DNA of 52,260 nucleotides, taken from the IMG/VR virus record IMGVR_UViG_3300030419_007568, positions 1 to 52,260 of that record; one strand, 5' to 3'. A model generated the notes under the pieces. It saw only the letters and a list, made by a program, of their open reading frames with translations, was not told where the DNA came from and did no database searches. This stretch comes from a virus (lineage: Duplodnaviria; Caudoviricetes). Both the position numbers and the translations under genes were made by a program. Each line of letters starts with the position of its first letter. Positions within the stretch are counted from its first letter, which is position 1. Below are positions 37,472 to 46,201 of this stretch, one piece after another.

Positions 37472-37488
37472 TGTAACCTACTTTCGTA

Positions 37489-38154
37489 TTATATTCTGTA
37501 GTGGTGAAGCTCGTTAATTTTATCATAGAGCATAGGACTAATTCTTTCTAGAGTATTTTCCTGTCCTAAATAGTAGGCTTCGAAACCAGTCGCAAAATAT
37601 TCTCGCAAAGAAACGGAAGCATATGGTCTTATGAACATTCCCGCCGTAACCATTTGAAGCATGTTCTTTCCAACCCTTTTGTACAAGAACTTATCAAAAT
37701 CTTCATCAAACTTTAAATTATCAAAATCAAACTCCTCTGTCCAATAACCCTCAGAGCGTAGTTCAAAATTTAATTCTTTTCTTTTTCTTCGGAATTCGTT
37801 GATAAGGGTTTCGTCACTGTAAATTAACTCTGGGAATTTCATTTCCATATGGTGTGCAAATTCGTGGACTATGTCATCCATAAGGTCCTTAGAGTTTTCT
37901 TGTTTGTTCGTGATATAAAATATTCCATCTTTATAAACAGCATTGACTTCTCGTTCATCAAATTCTTGTATGTGTTGTATTTTAATACCCTTTAAATCCC
38001 TAAAATAATAAGGGGGAAAACTCCTATCAATTGTTTTTAAAATTGCCTCTAAATCAATACCATCTGGCATTGGGTCGATTTCATGCACTTTAACATTACC
38101 AAATTTAAAGTGTCGAGTTGTGTTCTTAACTTTTTCTAATATGTATTCTCTCAT
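37489..38154 (-). CDS. Putative zinc metallopeptidase-like protein
   Basis: VHEFAHH (HExxH) and downstream REYFA. Confidence 0.6.
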   Translation of the reverse strand: MREYILEKVKNTTRHFKFGNVKVHEIDPMPDGIDLEAILKTIDRSFPPYYFRDLKGIKIQHIQEFDEREVNAVYKDGIFYITNKQENSKDLMDDIVHEFAHHMEMKFPELIYSDETLINEFRRKRKELNFELRSEGYWTEEFDFDNLKFDEDFDKFLYKRVGKNMLQMVTAGMFIRPYASVSLREYFATGFEAYYLGQENTLERISPMLYDKINELHHYRI

Positions 38155-39458
38155 AATATCTCTGCTGCCAATGTGGCTAATTTTGACCTTTCTCCCTTAT
38201 AAAGAGTGACATGCCCAGAAATACTGTATTCTTTAAATTTTTCTACAGCATGGGTGAGTCCGTTAGACACAGCATCTACATATGAATTATCAATTTGTTG
38301 AATGTCGCCCGTAAGCACTAATTTGGTCCCATGTCCTACTCTAGTTATTATAGTCTTTAATTCGTGTGCTGTTAAGTTCTGGGCTTCATCTACTATCATA
38401 AAAGCATTGGATATGGACCGACCTCTGATATATGTCATTGCCTCTATCTCGACTACACCTTGCTCCATGTGCATATCCAAGGCTGTTTTATCTCCAAATA
38501 AATATTCAAGATTATCTCTTAGTGGGGCGATCCATGGCATCATCTTCTCTTCTAAGGTGCCTGGCAGGAAGCCTATATCACGTCCCATGGGTTGCACTGG
38601 TCGGGTGATGATCAGTTTATCATATCCTCCTTGGGATTTGGTACTGTTCAATACTTGTTCTAATCCACATGCCGCAGCGATTAAAGTTTTTCCCGTTCCT
38701 GCTTGTCCTGTCAATGATACGATCTGTATCTCCTTGTCGAATAGCAGATCCATCGCATATTTTTGCTCTTTGTTATTCGCAGTGAGCCCCCATATATCCC
38801 TATAAGAGTACACTTTTCTTAGCGGTGTTTCATAATTCTTAAACCGGCAAATTGCAGACTTTTTCTCGTCTTTTTCGGACTTTAATAAAATGTAGTGGTT
38901 TGGATATAATTTACTTTTCTGTTCTGGAAGAAATATTTCTTTATTCTCATAAAAAGAATCGATCAATTCGTCGGCGACTAAAGCCTCTACGGTCCCATCG
39001 AACAACTTGTCTACAGATTTAACCGCTTGTTGTGGCTGGTAATCATAGCAAGTTATCCCAAAAGAATCGCATTTAACTCTCATATTCAAGTCACGAGATA
39101 CAACAACTATGTCACGACCTTCCATTCTCAAGCGAATTGCAATTGCTATAATTTTGTTATCAGAATCGTTGGGCTCCATTCCAGCCGGCAAATAACGAGG
39201 ATCATATTGAGCAGCGAAAATTTGTCCTTTTCCACGACCGAGGGGAACCCCTGTAAACAAACTACCTTTTGCTCTGAGTTGATCAAAGACACGATTCATA
39301 GATCTAGCATTTAATCCTGCTGTATCTTGTCTGTGTTTATGTTTGTCAATCTCGTCCAACACTATTGTCGGGAGAGCTATATCATTTTTTCCGAAAGTAA
39401 AAAGCGAGTTAACTTCTGTTAGGTACACGTTCGTGTCTAATATTATTGTTTTTCTCAA
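38151..39458 (-). CDS. phoH: PIN-PhoH protein
   Basis: PIN: ILDTNV, LDEID, DNKII, SRDLNMR; PhoH: GQAGTGKT, GFLPG, IRGRS, DEAQN, GDIQQID; probable TTG start 39458. Confidence 0.93.
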   Translation of the reverse strand: MRKTIILDTNVYLTEVNSLFTFGKNDIALPTIVLDEIDKHKHRQDTAGLNARSMNRVFDQLRAKGSLFTGVPLGRGKGQIFAAQYDPRYLPAGMEPNDSDNKIIAIAIRLRMEGRDIVVVSRDLNMRVKCDSFGITCYDYQPQQAVKSVDKLFDGTVEALVADELIDSFYENKEIFLPEQKSKLYPNHYILLKSEKDEKKSAICRFKNYETPLRKVYSYRDIWGLTANNKEQKYAMDLLFDKEIQIVSLTGQAGTGKTLIAAACGLEQVLNSTKSQGGYDKLIITRPVQPMGRDIGFLPGTLEEKMMPWIAPLRDNLEYLFGDKTALDMHMEQGVVEIEAMTYIRGRSISNAFMIVDEAQNLTAHELKTIITRVGHGTKLVLTGDIQQIDNSYVDAVSNGLTHAVEKFKEYSISGHVTLYKGERSKLATLAAEIL

Positions 39459-39484
39459 AATAAAACATCCTTCCAAGTCTTAAG

Positions 39485-39491
39485 TAATTAG
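39485..39491 (-). promoter_or_regulatory. Putative late promoter (CTAATTA) upstream of phoH and the glycan operon
   Basis: TAnTTA motif between the tmRNA terminator and the phoH RBS. Confidence 0.5.
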
Positions 39492-39512
39492 ATCCAACTA
39501 ATAAAAGAAGGT

Positions 39513-39539
39513 AAAACAAAAAGCCGCCCGAAGGCGGCT
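39513..39539 (-). terminator. Rho-independent terminator after tmRNA
   Basis: AGCCGCC-TTCG-GGCGGCT hairpin followed by TTTTGTTTT. Confidence 0.9.
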
Positions 39540-39861
39540 GGTGGAGGTAGGGAGAATCGAACTCCCGTCTTGTCTAGTTCCATAGAAGGGTCATTCACAA
39601 GGTTAGGTCTGTTTTTTTCGTCAGACAGCCCGCTTGACTAGATCATCTTATTATGGCTGAGATAATCAAAAGCACTTACAGGACACAATACGGCTTTCTG
39701 TTTTTTGGCTGCCGTCGCCTCAAGCTAAGTCAGGTTATTAAGCTGCTTGTGCTAGTTCGAAATCGTCGTTTGCGATTAGAGTTTAAGCGTTTTTAGTGAG
39801 CCACGCTTCCCTCACCCTTGCACCTTTTCTACTTTCCCATCAATCGATACCGTTTACCCCC
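39539..39861 (-). ncRNA. ssrA: tmRNA, tag peptide ANDDFELAQAA
   Basis: 5' GGGGGTA pairs with 3' TACCTCC-ACCA (G3-U70); T-arm GGGAG-TTCGATT-CTCCC; tag frame GCA AAC GAC GAT TTC GAA CTA GCA CAA GCA GCT TAA TAA at 39773-39735. Confidence 0.95.
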
Positions 39862-39873
39862 AAGATTAAATAG

Positions 39874-39902
39874 ACTATACAATAATACGCAACAGTTGTC
39901 AA
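39874..39902 (-). promoter_or_regulatory. Sigma70-type promoter for tmRNA
   Basis: TTGACA-17 nt-TATAGT, ending 12 nt before the mature 5' end. Confidence 0.8.
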
Positions 39903-40005
39903 CTTATTTACTCTTATTTATATGCTAGCAATTGCTGGCATAGTTTTAAAGGCTGACAATAGCAGTATAATAGTAATTTAAAAAGTGTTAAGGGTAAGAA
40001 TATAT

Positions 40006-40803
40006 TTAAGCTGCTGGTTCGATATCTGCTAAATCTCCACCTTCTTCTGTTTCTTCTTCCGCAGGTTCTGAATCTTCTCCAGTTTCGCCTTTATCTTTTT
40101 CTTCCTCGTATTCTGGAGTTGTAGTATCTGGCAATTCTGGGGCTAACTCATCTTCAAACTTATCAAAATAAAGAAGCATGTTTGTGATTAGGTAGTCATA
40201 AAACAAATTTTGATCTTCTTCGTCTGCCAACATATCATAAGCATCTACAATTTGTTTTTCAATCTTTTTAAAGCTTGTAGCTGCAAAATTTCTTCCTGTT
40301 TCATTTTGATCGTCAATTTGTACAAAATCATCAATTTCTTCAGTGCCCTCAATGTCAATAAATTCTCCCTCGATAGATTCTCCGGCACTATCTTCCTCTG
40401 GGTCTAAATCGATTTTTAATTTTTCTAGAAGTTTTTCGGGAGAATATAAAAACTCATAGTTTTCAGGTAACTTTTCCGCACCTGAAGCTGCTTCAATTGG
40501 TCTTAATGAGTTTTTAATCGCATGTACAACATGATTTCGGAAAGATTCTCTTTGTTCTGCGGATGTTGTAAGCATTTTATAGTCATTTTCAATAGTTGGG
40601 ATAATTTTTTCCAACAGGTCAGCTAAAACGTTAATTCCGGTGTTTTGGCTTGGTTCTTCTGTACCTGTTTCGGTTTCCAGAAGTCTTTTAACTGCTTTTC
40701 TTATTTCTGTTTCGACTAGCTTTTTTTGATCTAGTTTTTTCTTAATCCTTTCGTGAATATAATCACGAATTAATTGCTCTGCTAAAATCTGGTCTCTTTT
40801 CAT
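40006..40803 (-). CDS. Acidic hypothetical protein
   Basis: Start ATG 40803 (MKRDQ...) avoids overlap with the upstream gene; very acidic C-terminus; ATAATTA motif just upstream. Confidence 0.65.
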   Translation of the reverse strand: MKRDQILAEQLIRDYIHERIKKKLDQKKLVETEIRKAVKRLLETETGTEEPSQNTGINVLADLLEKIIPTIENDYKMLTTSAEQRESFRNHVVHAIKNSLRPIEAASGAEKLPENYEFLYSPEKLLEKLKIDLDPEEDSAGESIEGEFIDIEGTEEIDDFVQIDDQNETGRNFAATSFKKIEKQIVDAYDMLADEEDQNLFYDYLITNMLLYFDKFEDELAPELPDTTTPEYEEEKDKGETGEDSEPAEEETEEGGDLADIEPAA

Positions 40804-40813
40804 AGTACTATAA

Positions 40814-42865
40814 TTATCTCCGCCTTTGTCGTTTTGCTCGTTTAACTTTAGGGCGCTTACTTTTAGCCCTTTTATTGGGGTTGTTTTTTCTTCTTTTGTT
40901 AAAGACGTTATAGGTGTTCGGAGGACCAAACCCAACTCCCCCTGGGGATCCTTCGACGGCTCCGGCACCCATTGTGGTCATTTCTTCAATAGTTGTGTCA
41001 ATATAAGAATTTAGAGCAGTATTGTTATTGCTTACAATATCCCATGCACTCTCAGCTTCTGAAACTAGCAAGTGTTTGGGAATTTTTGATAGAAATCTTT
41101 CTTTTTGATCAGCCGCTATCATATTTCGAAGAGCAGTTCCTCCCATGTTTTTACCACCAATCATCGGAAAAACCATTTCTTCTACATTTACACCGGGATT
41201 ATGCATCTCAGCATAAGACTGCGCTCGGGCATATCTTGTATCGCCAACATCTTTATCGCTTTTCCCGAGGACCACAGTATCTCCTTCAGAAAAAGAATTT
41301 TTATCTGCTATTAAATCATAGACATCCGCAACAGGAGTTTTACCTTCTTGAATTCTAACCTTAATATTTTCATCTTTCATGGTATAAAGATCCCACAGAT
41401 CCTTGGATTGCTCCGCTGTGATTGTAATCTTTGGTTCTATTTCTGAAAAGCGAGGGTTTTTGCCAATAATAACTATAACCTCATCAATGTCGGGAAGGGA
41501 GGATAATTCTTTAGCAAGACCATAATGTCCTGCATGAGGAGGCTTAAATCCTCCTGGCAATAAAGCTACTTTTTTCCCTCTCTGGTCGGTTATAACTTGG
41601 GAATTAAAGTTTATATTTTCTTTAGCTAATTTTTTTGGAGATTTCGGGTACTTGAACATTCCTAATATTTGATTCAAGGGAGCAAAATTCCCAGCAAATT
41701 TATATGTGTGTCCATCATAGTCAAAAACAATTGCTTCAATTGGAGTTGTAATATTTGAAAAATCTTTAATTTTATTCAGATGAAATTGCATTATTTCCAT
41801 GGCGTGGGGGTCTTCTTCGCCTCTAGATTTAATTTCTTCTACTGCCTCTGATAAGTTTTCTTTTAGACGCATGACCTCAGCATCTGTATCGGCAATAAAA
41901 ACACTTTTTAAGCCTTTTAAGATTTCAACCGTAAAATCATGTACTGCCATCTCTATTGGGTGTATTGCTTCTTTGAGTAGCATCTTTTTGTTAGAAATAA
42001 TTGAAGTTAGATCTTGTAAATCTTCCGGACTTAGTCCTTTTTTTAGCGCCTTGAGTCCAATGTTTCCAGGCATTCCTAGGATATATTTTGCTATTCCTTC
42101 TTTTAGATTTTTGGGCAATTCTGCATCTATCCCGTTTAATATGCGAGAAAACATATAATCCTGAATTGTTGAATTATCAGACAACTCCTCTGCCGAAAGG
42201 GTAGAATCTATTTTGGACTTTGCTTCTAGAAGTGGTGCTTTATCTTCTAATTTTTGCAACTGAATAACTGCTCGTCTTGCTAACGAAAAATCATGAGAAC
42301 TTAAGGTATTTTGCATCCTGTCATAAGCGGCATCTAAAGTTTCGAGAGTTCCGTCAGGGATATCGCTTTTTTCTCCTGTTTTTCTATCAAAAATAAAATG
42401 ACCTACATTATGAATTTTTAATGTTTTGCTATCATATTTAATGACATTTGTAGACCCAGGATCATTGGGATCATCGGGAGTGCCTGGGTCCATTACTTCG
42501 GCATTGTACCATATATTGGTGTCTGGTCCGAATATTCTTTGTTTTTCCTCATCAGATAGAGCCTCTGCTGCTTTTTCGAAAGCATCAAATCCGCCTGTAA
42601 ATGCTTTTTCTAACCCGCCTCGACCAGCAAACTTGTTTGCTAATCCAGCAGCGTCAAGACCACCTGTTCTTAAGTTACCTTTATTTCTGGCACCTTTTGC
42701 TTTGCCTTCGGGTATAGAATAGGAAAGAAAAAGATTTTGTCCGTCTACTTTTTCTTCGACATCCAATTCTGCATTAGACGCTGCCTCCATAATTTCTTTC
42801 ATTTTGGCAAAAGTTAAATTTGGATTATCATAAAGATGATCCATGTGTCCTGCAACGCCACCCAT
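40814..42865 (-). CDS. Fusion of a ligase-like (KxDG) nucleotidyltransferase domain and an HxGH cytidylyltransferase-like domain
   Basis: EEKVDGQN near the N-terminus; LLPGGFKPPHAGH and GGTALR near the C-terminus; basic tail. Confidence 0.65.
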   Translation of the reverse strand: MGGVAGHMDHLYDNPNLTFAKMKEIMEAASNAELDVEEKVDGQNLFLSYSIPEGKAKGARNKGNLRTGGLDAAGLANKFAGRGGLEKAFTGGFDAFEKAAEALSDEEKQRIFGPDTNIWYNAEVMDPGTPDDPNDPGSTNVIKYDSKTLKIHNVGHFIFDRKTGEKSDIPDGTLETLDAAYDRMQNTLSSHDFSLARRAVIQLQKLEDKAPLLEAKSKIDSTLSAEELSDNSTIQDYMFSRILNGIDAELPKNLKEGIAKYILGMPGNIGLKALKKGLSPEDLQDLTSIISNKKMLLKEAIHPIEMAVHDFTVEILKGLKSVFIADTDAEVMRLKENLSEAVEEIKSRGEEDPHAMEIMQFHLNKIKDFSNITTPIEAIVFDYDGHTYKFAGNFAPLNQILGMFKYPKSPKKLAKENINFNSQVITDQRGKKVALLPGGFKPPHAGHYGLAKELSSLPDIDEVIVIIGKNPRFSEIEPKITITAEQSKDLWDLYTMKDENIKVRIQEGKTPVADVYDLIADKNSFSEGDTVVLGKSDKDVGDTRYARAQSYAEMHNPGVNVEEMVFPMIGGKNMGGTALRNMIAADQKERFLSKIPKHLLVSEAESAWDIVSNNNTALNSYIDTTIEEMTTMGAGAVEGSPGGVGFGPPNTYNVFNKRRKNNPNKRAKSKRPKVKRAKRQRRR

Positions 42866-43105
42866 TTACTTTTCCTCTTTGAGTAAATTTAATTCTTCTT
42901 CTAAAGTTTCAATACGTTCATTAAGGGACCTTAATTGTCTCTTTATACCACGAAGATGCTCTTTTGCCAAGGAAATTCTGTTAGTATCTCTTTTGTTTGA
43001 AACACGAATATTACTGACAATATCATAAAGTGCTTGCACTGATGCGGCAGCATCAACCTTTAAATTCTCGTTCATCAGGAACGCTTTTGTTATTTTTCTT
43101 AACAT
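42866..43105 (-). CDS. Small coiled-coil hypothetical protein
   Basis: 79-aa ORF with GAGGG RBS. Confidence 0.6.
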   Translation of the reverse strand: MLRKITKAFLMNENLKVDAAASVQALYDIVSNIRVSNKRDTNRISLAKEHLRGIKRQLRSLNERIETLEEELNLLKEEK

Positions 43106-43124
43106 TTTAAACCCTCGTTAACAT

Positions 43125-43958
43125 TTATTCTAAGTCGTCGTCAATTATTTTCAGAAACCCATTTTCAACGCCAATTCTCATCTTCGAAGCGTTGCCATCG
43201 GCATCTGTTCCTTGTATAAATAGTTTCGCTCCGGGTATTCCATCACTACCAATTGAGCTTGAAACATAAAGATCGACACTTGAAGAGATAGCACCGTGCG
43301 TACTGTTATATTGGAGTTGGGATATGCCTTGTAGTGTGTTTGCTACACCAGTAGCGGTCAAGAAATAACCGTTGGTATTATTATTAATGGTTACTGCGCC
43401 ACCACCGACACCACCGCCTACATCGCCAATCCTCATTATATTCACCGTTGTGCCAAGGTTTGGAAAAATATTTGCCGTACCATCATCTTCATAAGTGACA
43501 GTAACAGTATCTCCCGCATTTAGGGACAAGACTACACCTGTAGTACTTTCATCAGGATCAGTGGTGGCTGCTGATCCAATTCTCTTTGTGTGTTTAAGTA
43601 CAGCCGAACCCCCAGAAGCTGCGACCTTTACCCTAACATCATACTGAGTCGTAGTAGATACTTTGCATATAAACGTAACCTCTATATAATAATTACCGTC
43701 CTTTTCAACGACAAATGTTCCACCCGAAGCGGTAAAAGTCATATCGGTAGATTCACTATTAGTAGTTAAAGTAGGCGTAGTTCCTTGTTCTGACGTGTTG
43801 AACAAAGTTCTTTCGTTTCCTGATCCAGCATCTGATCCAATAGAGGTAATATCATTAGTTTGTGTTACAGAAATAAATGATGGCTCATCTAAGTTTAGCG
43901 CACCACCCATTCCGTCTTTGATTGGACCTAGAGTTCTTCTAGCAAGATACGGAGCCAT
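43125..43958 (-). CDS. Putative virion fibre/decoration protein with C1q/BclA-like jelly-roll
   Basis: GTFVVEKDGNYYI...LSLNAGDTVTV pattern; T/S/G rich. Confidence 0.55.
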   Translation of the reverse strand: MAPYLARRTLGPIKDGMGGALNLDEPSFISVTQTNDITSIGSDAGSGNERTLFNTSEQGTTPTLTTNSESTDMTFTASGGTFVVEKDGNYYIEVTFICKVSTTTQYDVRVKVAASGGSAVLKHTKRIGSAATTDPDESTTGVVLSLNAGDTVTVTYEDDGTANIFPNLGTTVNIMRIGDVGGGVGGGAVTINNNTNGYFLTATGVANTLQGISQLQYNSTHGAISSSVDLYVSSSIGSDGIPGAKLFIQGTDADGNASKMRIGVENGFLKIIDDDLE

Positions 43959-44455
43959 TATTCAGTTGCCTGACCACCAAAATTAAAACCAGCTACCGCT
44001 GTATTTGCACGATCTCTTGGGTAATGTCTAACAACAAATCCATACAACAAAAGCTTGCTATTTGCACTAGCTTTTGCAAAAATATTCGGATTATTATTGG
44101 CTATATCATCATCGCCTGGTTCCGGTGGTTGGTGGGGTATACCAGGCCAAACAAGATTTAAACCAGATTGAGCACCTATTTTTATAATCAATGAAGTTGC
44201 GGTAGCAAAAGAACTATTTCCATCAAAATTTAAATATAAAGAAGCCTCAGTGGTGGAATAATTTGCACACCACAAATATACCTCCTCAATAACCCCCTGA
44301 GAAAGAGTATGTACAGTAGAGGCACCTGTACTTAATTGTATCGCACGCCCCAGAGGAGACCCCGACAAAGGAAACCTAGCACTTCCCTGAGACGCTGCTC
44401 CAACTGCGGCATCCGAAACCACACCAGGGGATGCCGGTCTGTTTCTTGCTCCCAT
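43958..44455 (-). CDS. Putative small virion protein
   Basis: 165-aa beta-rich ORF with AAGGAG RBS and a TTAATTA motif at 44475-44481. Confidence 0.55.
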   Translation of the reverse strand: MGARNRPASPGVVSDAAVGAASQGSARFPLSGSPLGRAIQLSTGASTVHTLSQGVIEEVYLWCANYSTTEASLYLNFDGNSSFATATSLIIKIGAQSGLNLVWPGIPHQPPEPGDDDIANNNPNIFAKASANSKLLLYGFVVRHYPRDRANTAVAGFNFGGQATE

Positions 44456-44487
44456 AATTCAACTCCTTGCCTAGTAATTAAATATTA

Positions 44488-45378
44488 TTAAATCCCAAAA
44501 ACTTCATCAAGTTTTGTTTTCATTTTTTGAATCCACAAACGATCAATTTGTGTATCTAATTTTGGATCGTTACCTTTTTCCCACAGAGCCATTTCTCCTT
44601 TGGCAATTGCTTTTTTTAAAAATACTTTGATTGCTACAAGAGGAGAAGATAATCCTACATTTTCTATCATAGGATACCCTGCAAAAATTACTCCGACTAG
44701 TTTGTTGTCTTTGTTGATGATAGGTGATCCGCTTGATCCTGGCTTGGTAGGAATTGTATATATCGAATATCCTTTATTGTGGTACCCTGAAAACTGACCC
44801 TTAAAAATTAAGACTGTTCCTGGCCAATAAAGTCCGTGAGGTGCTGCCATGTTTGTTACAGTTTCTCCCCTTTTTGGCTCCTTATCAGCAACCTTTAATA
44901 CAGGTGGACTCATTAATACATCTGAAACTCTTAGTAAGCACAGGTCAAATCTGTTATTTATATCAATTACTTCAGCATCGTGTTTGAAGCCATTTAAATC
45001 CACAGCCTTGAAAGTAGACCCTTTGTTTAAAACTTTAAACCCTTCAATGTCTTGTTCTTTCGGAATTTTACTCTGACAGGAGTGCCCCGCCGTCAAAACA
45101 TAGGAAAACCCTTGGGTGACCTCGCTATGAAATACATACGCACCAGAGGAAACGTATCTCATTACCGCTGTTTGGCATCTTTTTTCTTTAGTCTCGGCGT
45201 CGATGCCACAACCTTCTAATTCTACCGATTGTTGAATTTGAACAAAAGATTGTCGAGGTAATATTTCTTGTTTTTCACCATTTGTGATCTTAATTGTGGT
45301 ACAACCACTTACACAACTGGTGATACAAAGCATAACAATTATCAGAAACTTGACGTAAAATGATGTTTTTTTGTGCAT
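44488..45378 (-). CDS. Secreted trypsin-like serine protease
   Basis: LTAGHSC, DLCLL, PGSSGSP catalytic-triad motifs; N-terminal hydrophobic/lipoprotein-like signal. Confidence 0.9.
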   Translation of the reverse strand: MHKKTSFYVKFLIIVMLCITSCVSGCTTIKITNGEKQEILPRQSFVQIQQSVELEGCGIDAETKEKRCQTAVMRYVSSGAYVFHSEVTQGFSYVLTAGHSCQSKIPKEQDIEGFKVLNKGSTFKAVDLNGFKHDAEVIDINNRFDLCLLRVSDVLMSPPVLKVADKEPKRGETVTNMAAPHGLYWPGTVLIFKGQFSGYHNKGYSIYTIPTKPGSSGSPIINKDNKLVGVIFAGYPMIENVGLSSPLVAIKVFLKKAIAKGEMALWEKGNDPKLDTQIDRLWIQKMKTKLDEVFGI

Positions 45379-45385
45379 AGTATAG

Positions 45386-45411
45386 TAACTAGATTGATAG
45401 GGGACTAATTA
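45386..45411. promoter_or_regulatory. Divergent pair of putative late promoters (CTAGTTA minus, CTAATTA plus)
   Basis: Back-to-back TAnTTA motifs at 45386-45392 (-) and 45405-45411 (+) in the strand-switch gap. Confidence 0.5.
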
Positions 45412-45460
45412 TCCTCAGTAAATCAATTACAGTGATTTCAAGAAAGGACTGGATTAATCA

Positions 45461-45715
45461 ATGATAAATAGCATTATGTTGTCAGGGCTATTGCTCTTTT
45501 CAGGACAACCTATTGACTTTCCTCAAGTTTGGCAGAAAATAGAGGGCAAATGGTCCTACGTTGGACAAGTCAAGGAAAAAAACCAAATTTTGGTTTGGAT
45601 AGAAAAGAAAACAAAAACCCCCAATACAAAGATACTTAATAAAGAGATAAAGAAGATGCCTTTCATTACTTTATCACCGACAGGAGAGGTGCTAAATTTA
45701 GAACCTCTCCACTAA
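45461..45715 (+). CDS. Small secreted/membrane hypothetical protein
   Basis: Hydrophobic N-terminus; first gene of the plus-strand block. Confidence 0.55.
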   Translation: MINSIMLSGLLLFSGQPIDFPQVWQKIEGKWSYVGQVKEKNQILVWIEKKTKTPNTKILNKEIKKMPFITLSPTGEVLNLEPLH

Positions 45716-45730
45716 GGAGTTGTTTTCTAA

Positions 45731-46201
45731 ATGTTTGGTTTTCTTAAGAAACGAGTTACACTTTTAAGCATATTGGCTCTTGTTAGTGCTGTGGGTCTTC
45801 ATTACCAGATTAAAGCCAATAACCTTTATCAAACTGTTTTCCCCAAAGAGTCAACGTACTATACACCCGGTCAGCACGGCAACTGTAAATGGGTTGTTCA
45901 TATTAGTAGCCGCATCACAACTGAGGCTGGAGACAATTCCGCAGCCCAAATTGGCATCCCTGAAGTTATCAAAGACGGATATATTGCCGGTATCTTACAA
46001 AATGGTCCTGGGAATTCTTTGCTTTTTGCTTTCAAACTTCCGACACAGTCCGAAGAATCTCCCCCTATCATAATGACGGCATCTTATAAAAAAGAAAGCC
46101 TACCATTAAAAAAAATTAGATTTCGTGTGTTTAACAGCACAGCGATGAGTATGGTTCTTTATAGTTCTTACGAGGCTTGTGTTGAGGCAACAATGGAATG
46201 A
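45731..46201 (+). CDS. Secreted/membrane-anchored hypothetical protein
   Basis: AAGGAG RBS; KKR followed by hydrophobic helix; ATGA overlap with the next gene. Confidence 0.65.
   Translation: MFGFLKKRVTLLSILALVSAVGLHYQIKANNLYQTVFPKESTYYTPGQHGNCKWVVHISSRITTEAGDNSAAQIGIPEVIKDGYIAGILQNGPGNSLLFAFKLPTQSEESPPIIMTASYKKESLPLKKIRFRVFNSTAMSMVLYSSYEACVEATME

Noticed and set aside
39943-39975. Plus-strand sigma70 promoter (TATAAT) and 19-codon ORF at 39922-39981
   Set aside because: No well-spaced -35, no RBS and no downstream plus-strand gene
40804-40968. N-terminal extension of the 40006 ORF
   Set aside because: Overlaps the upstream gene by ~150 nt; ATG 40803 follows the promoter-like motif
241-45076. 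Numerous short plus-strand and nested ORFs in the ORF track
   Set aside because: They are antisense or out-of-frame shadows of well-supported minus-strand genes, with no motifs
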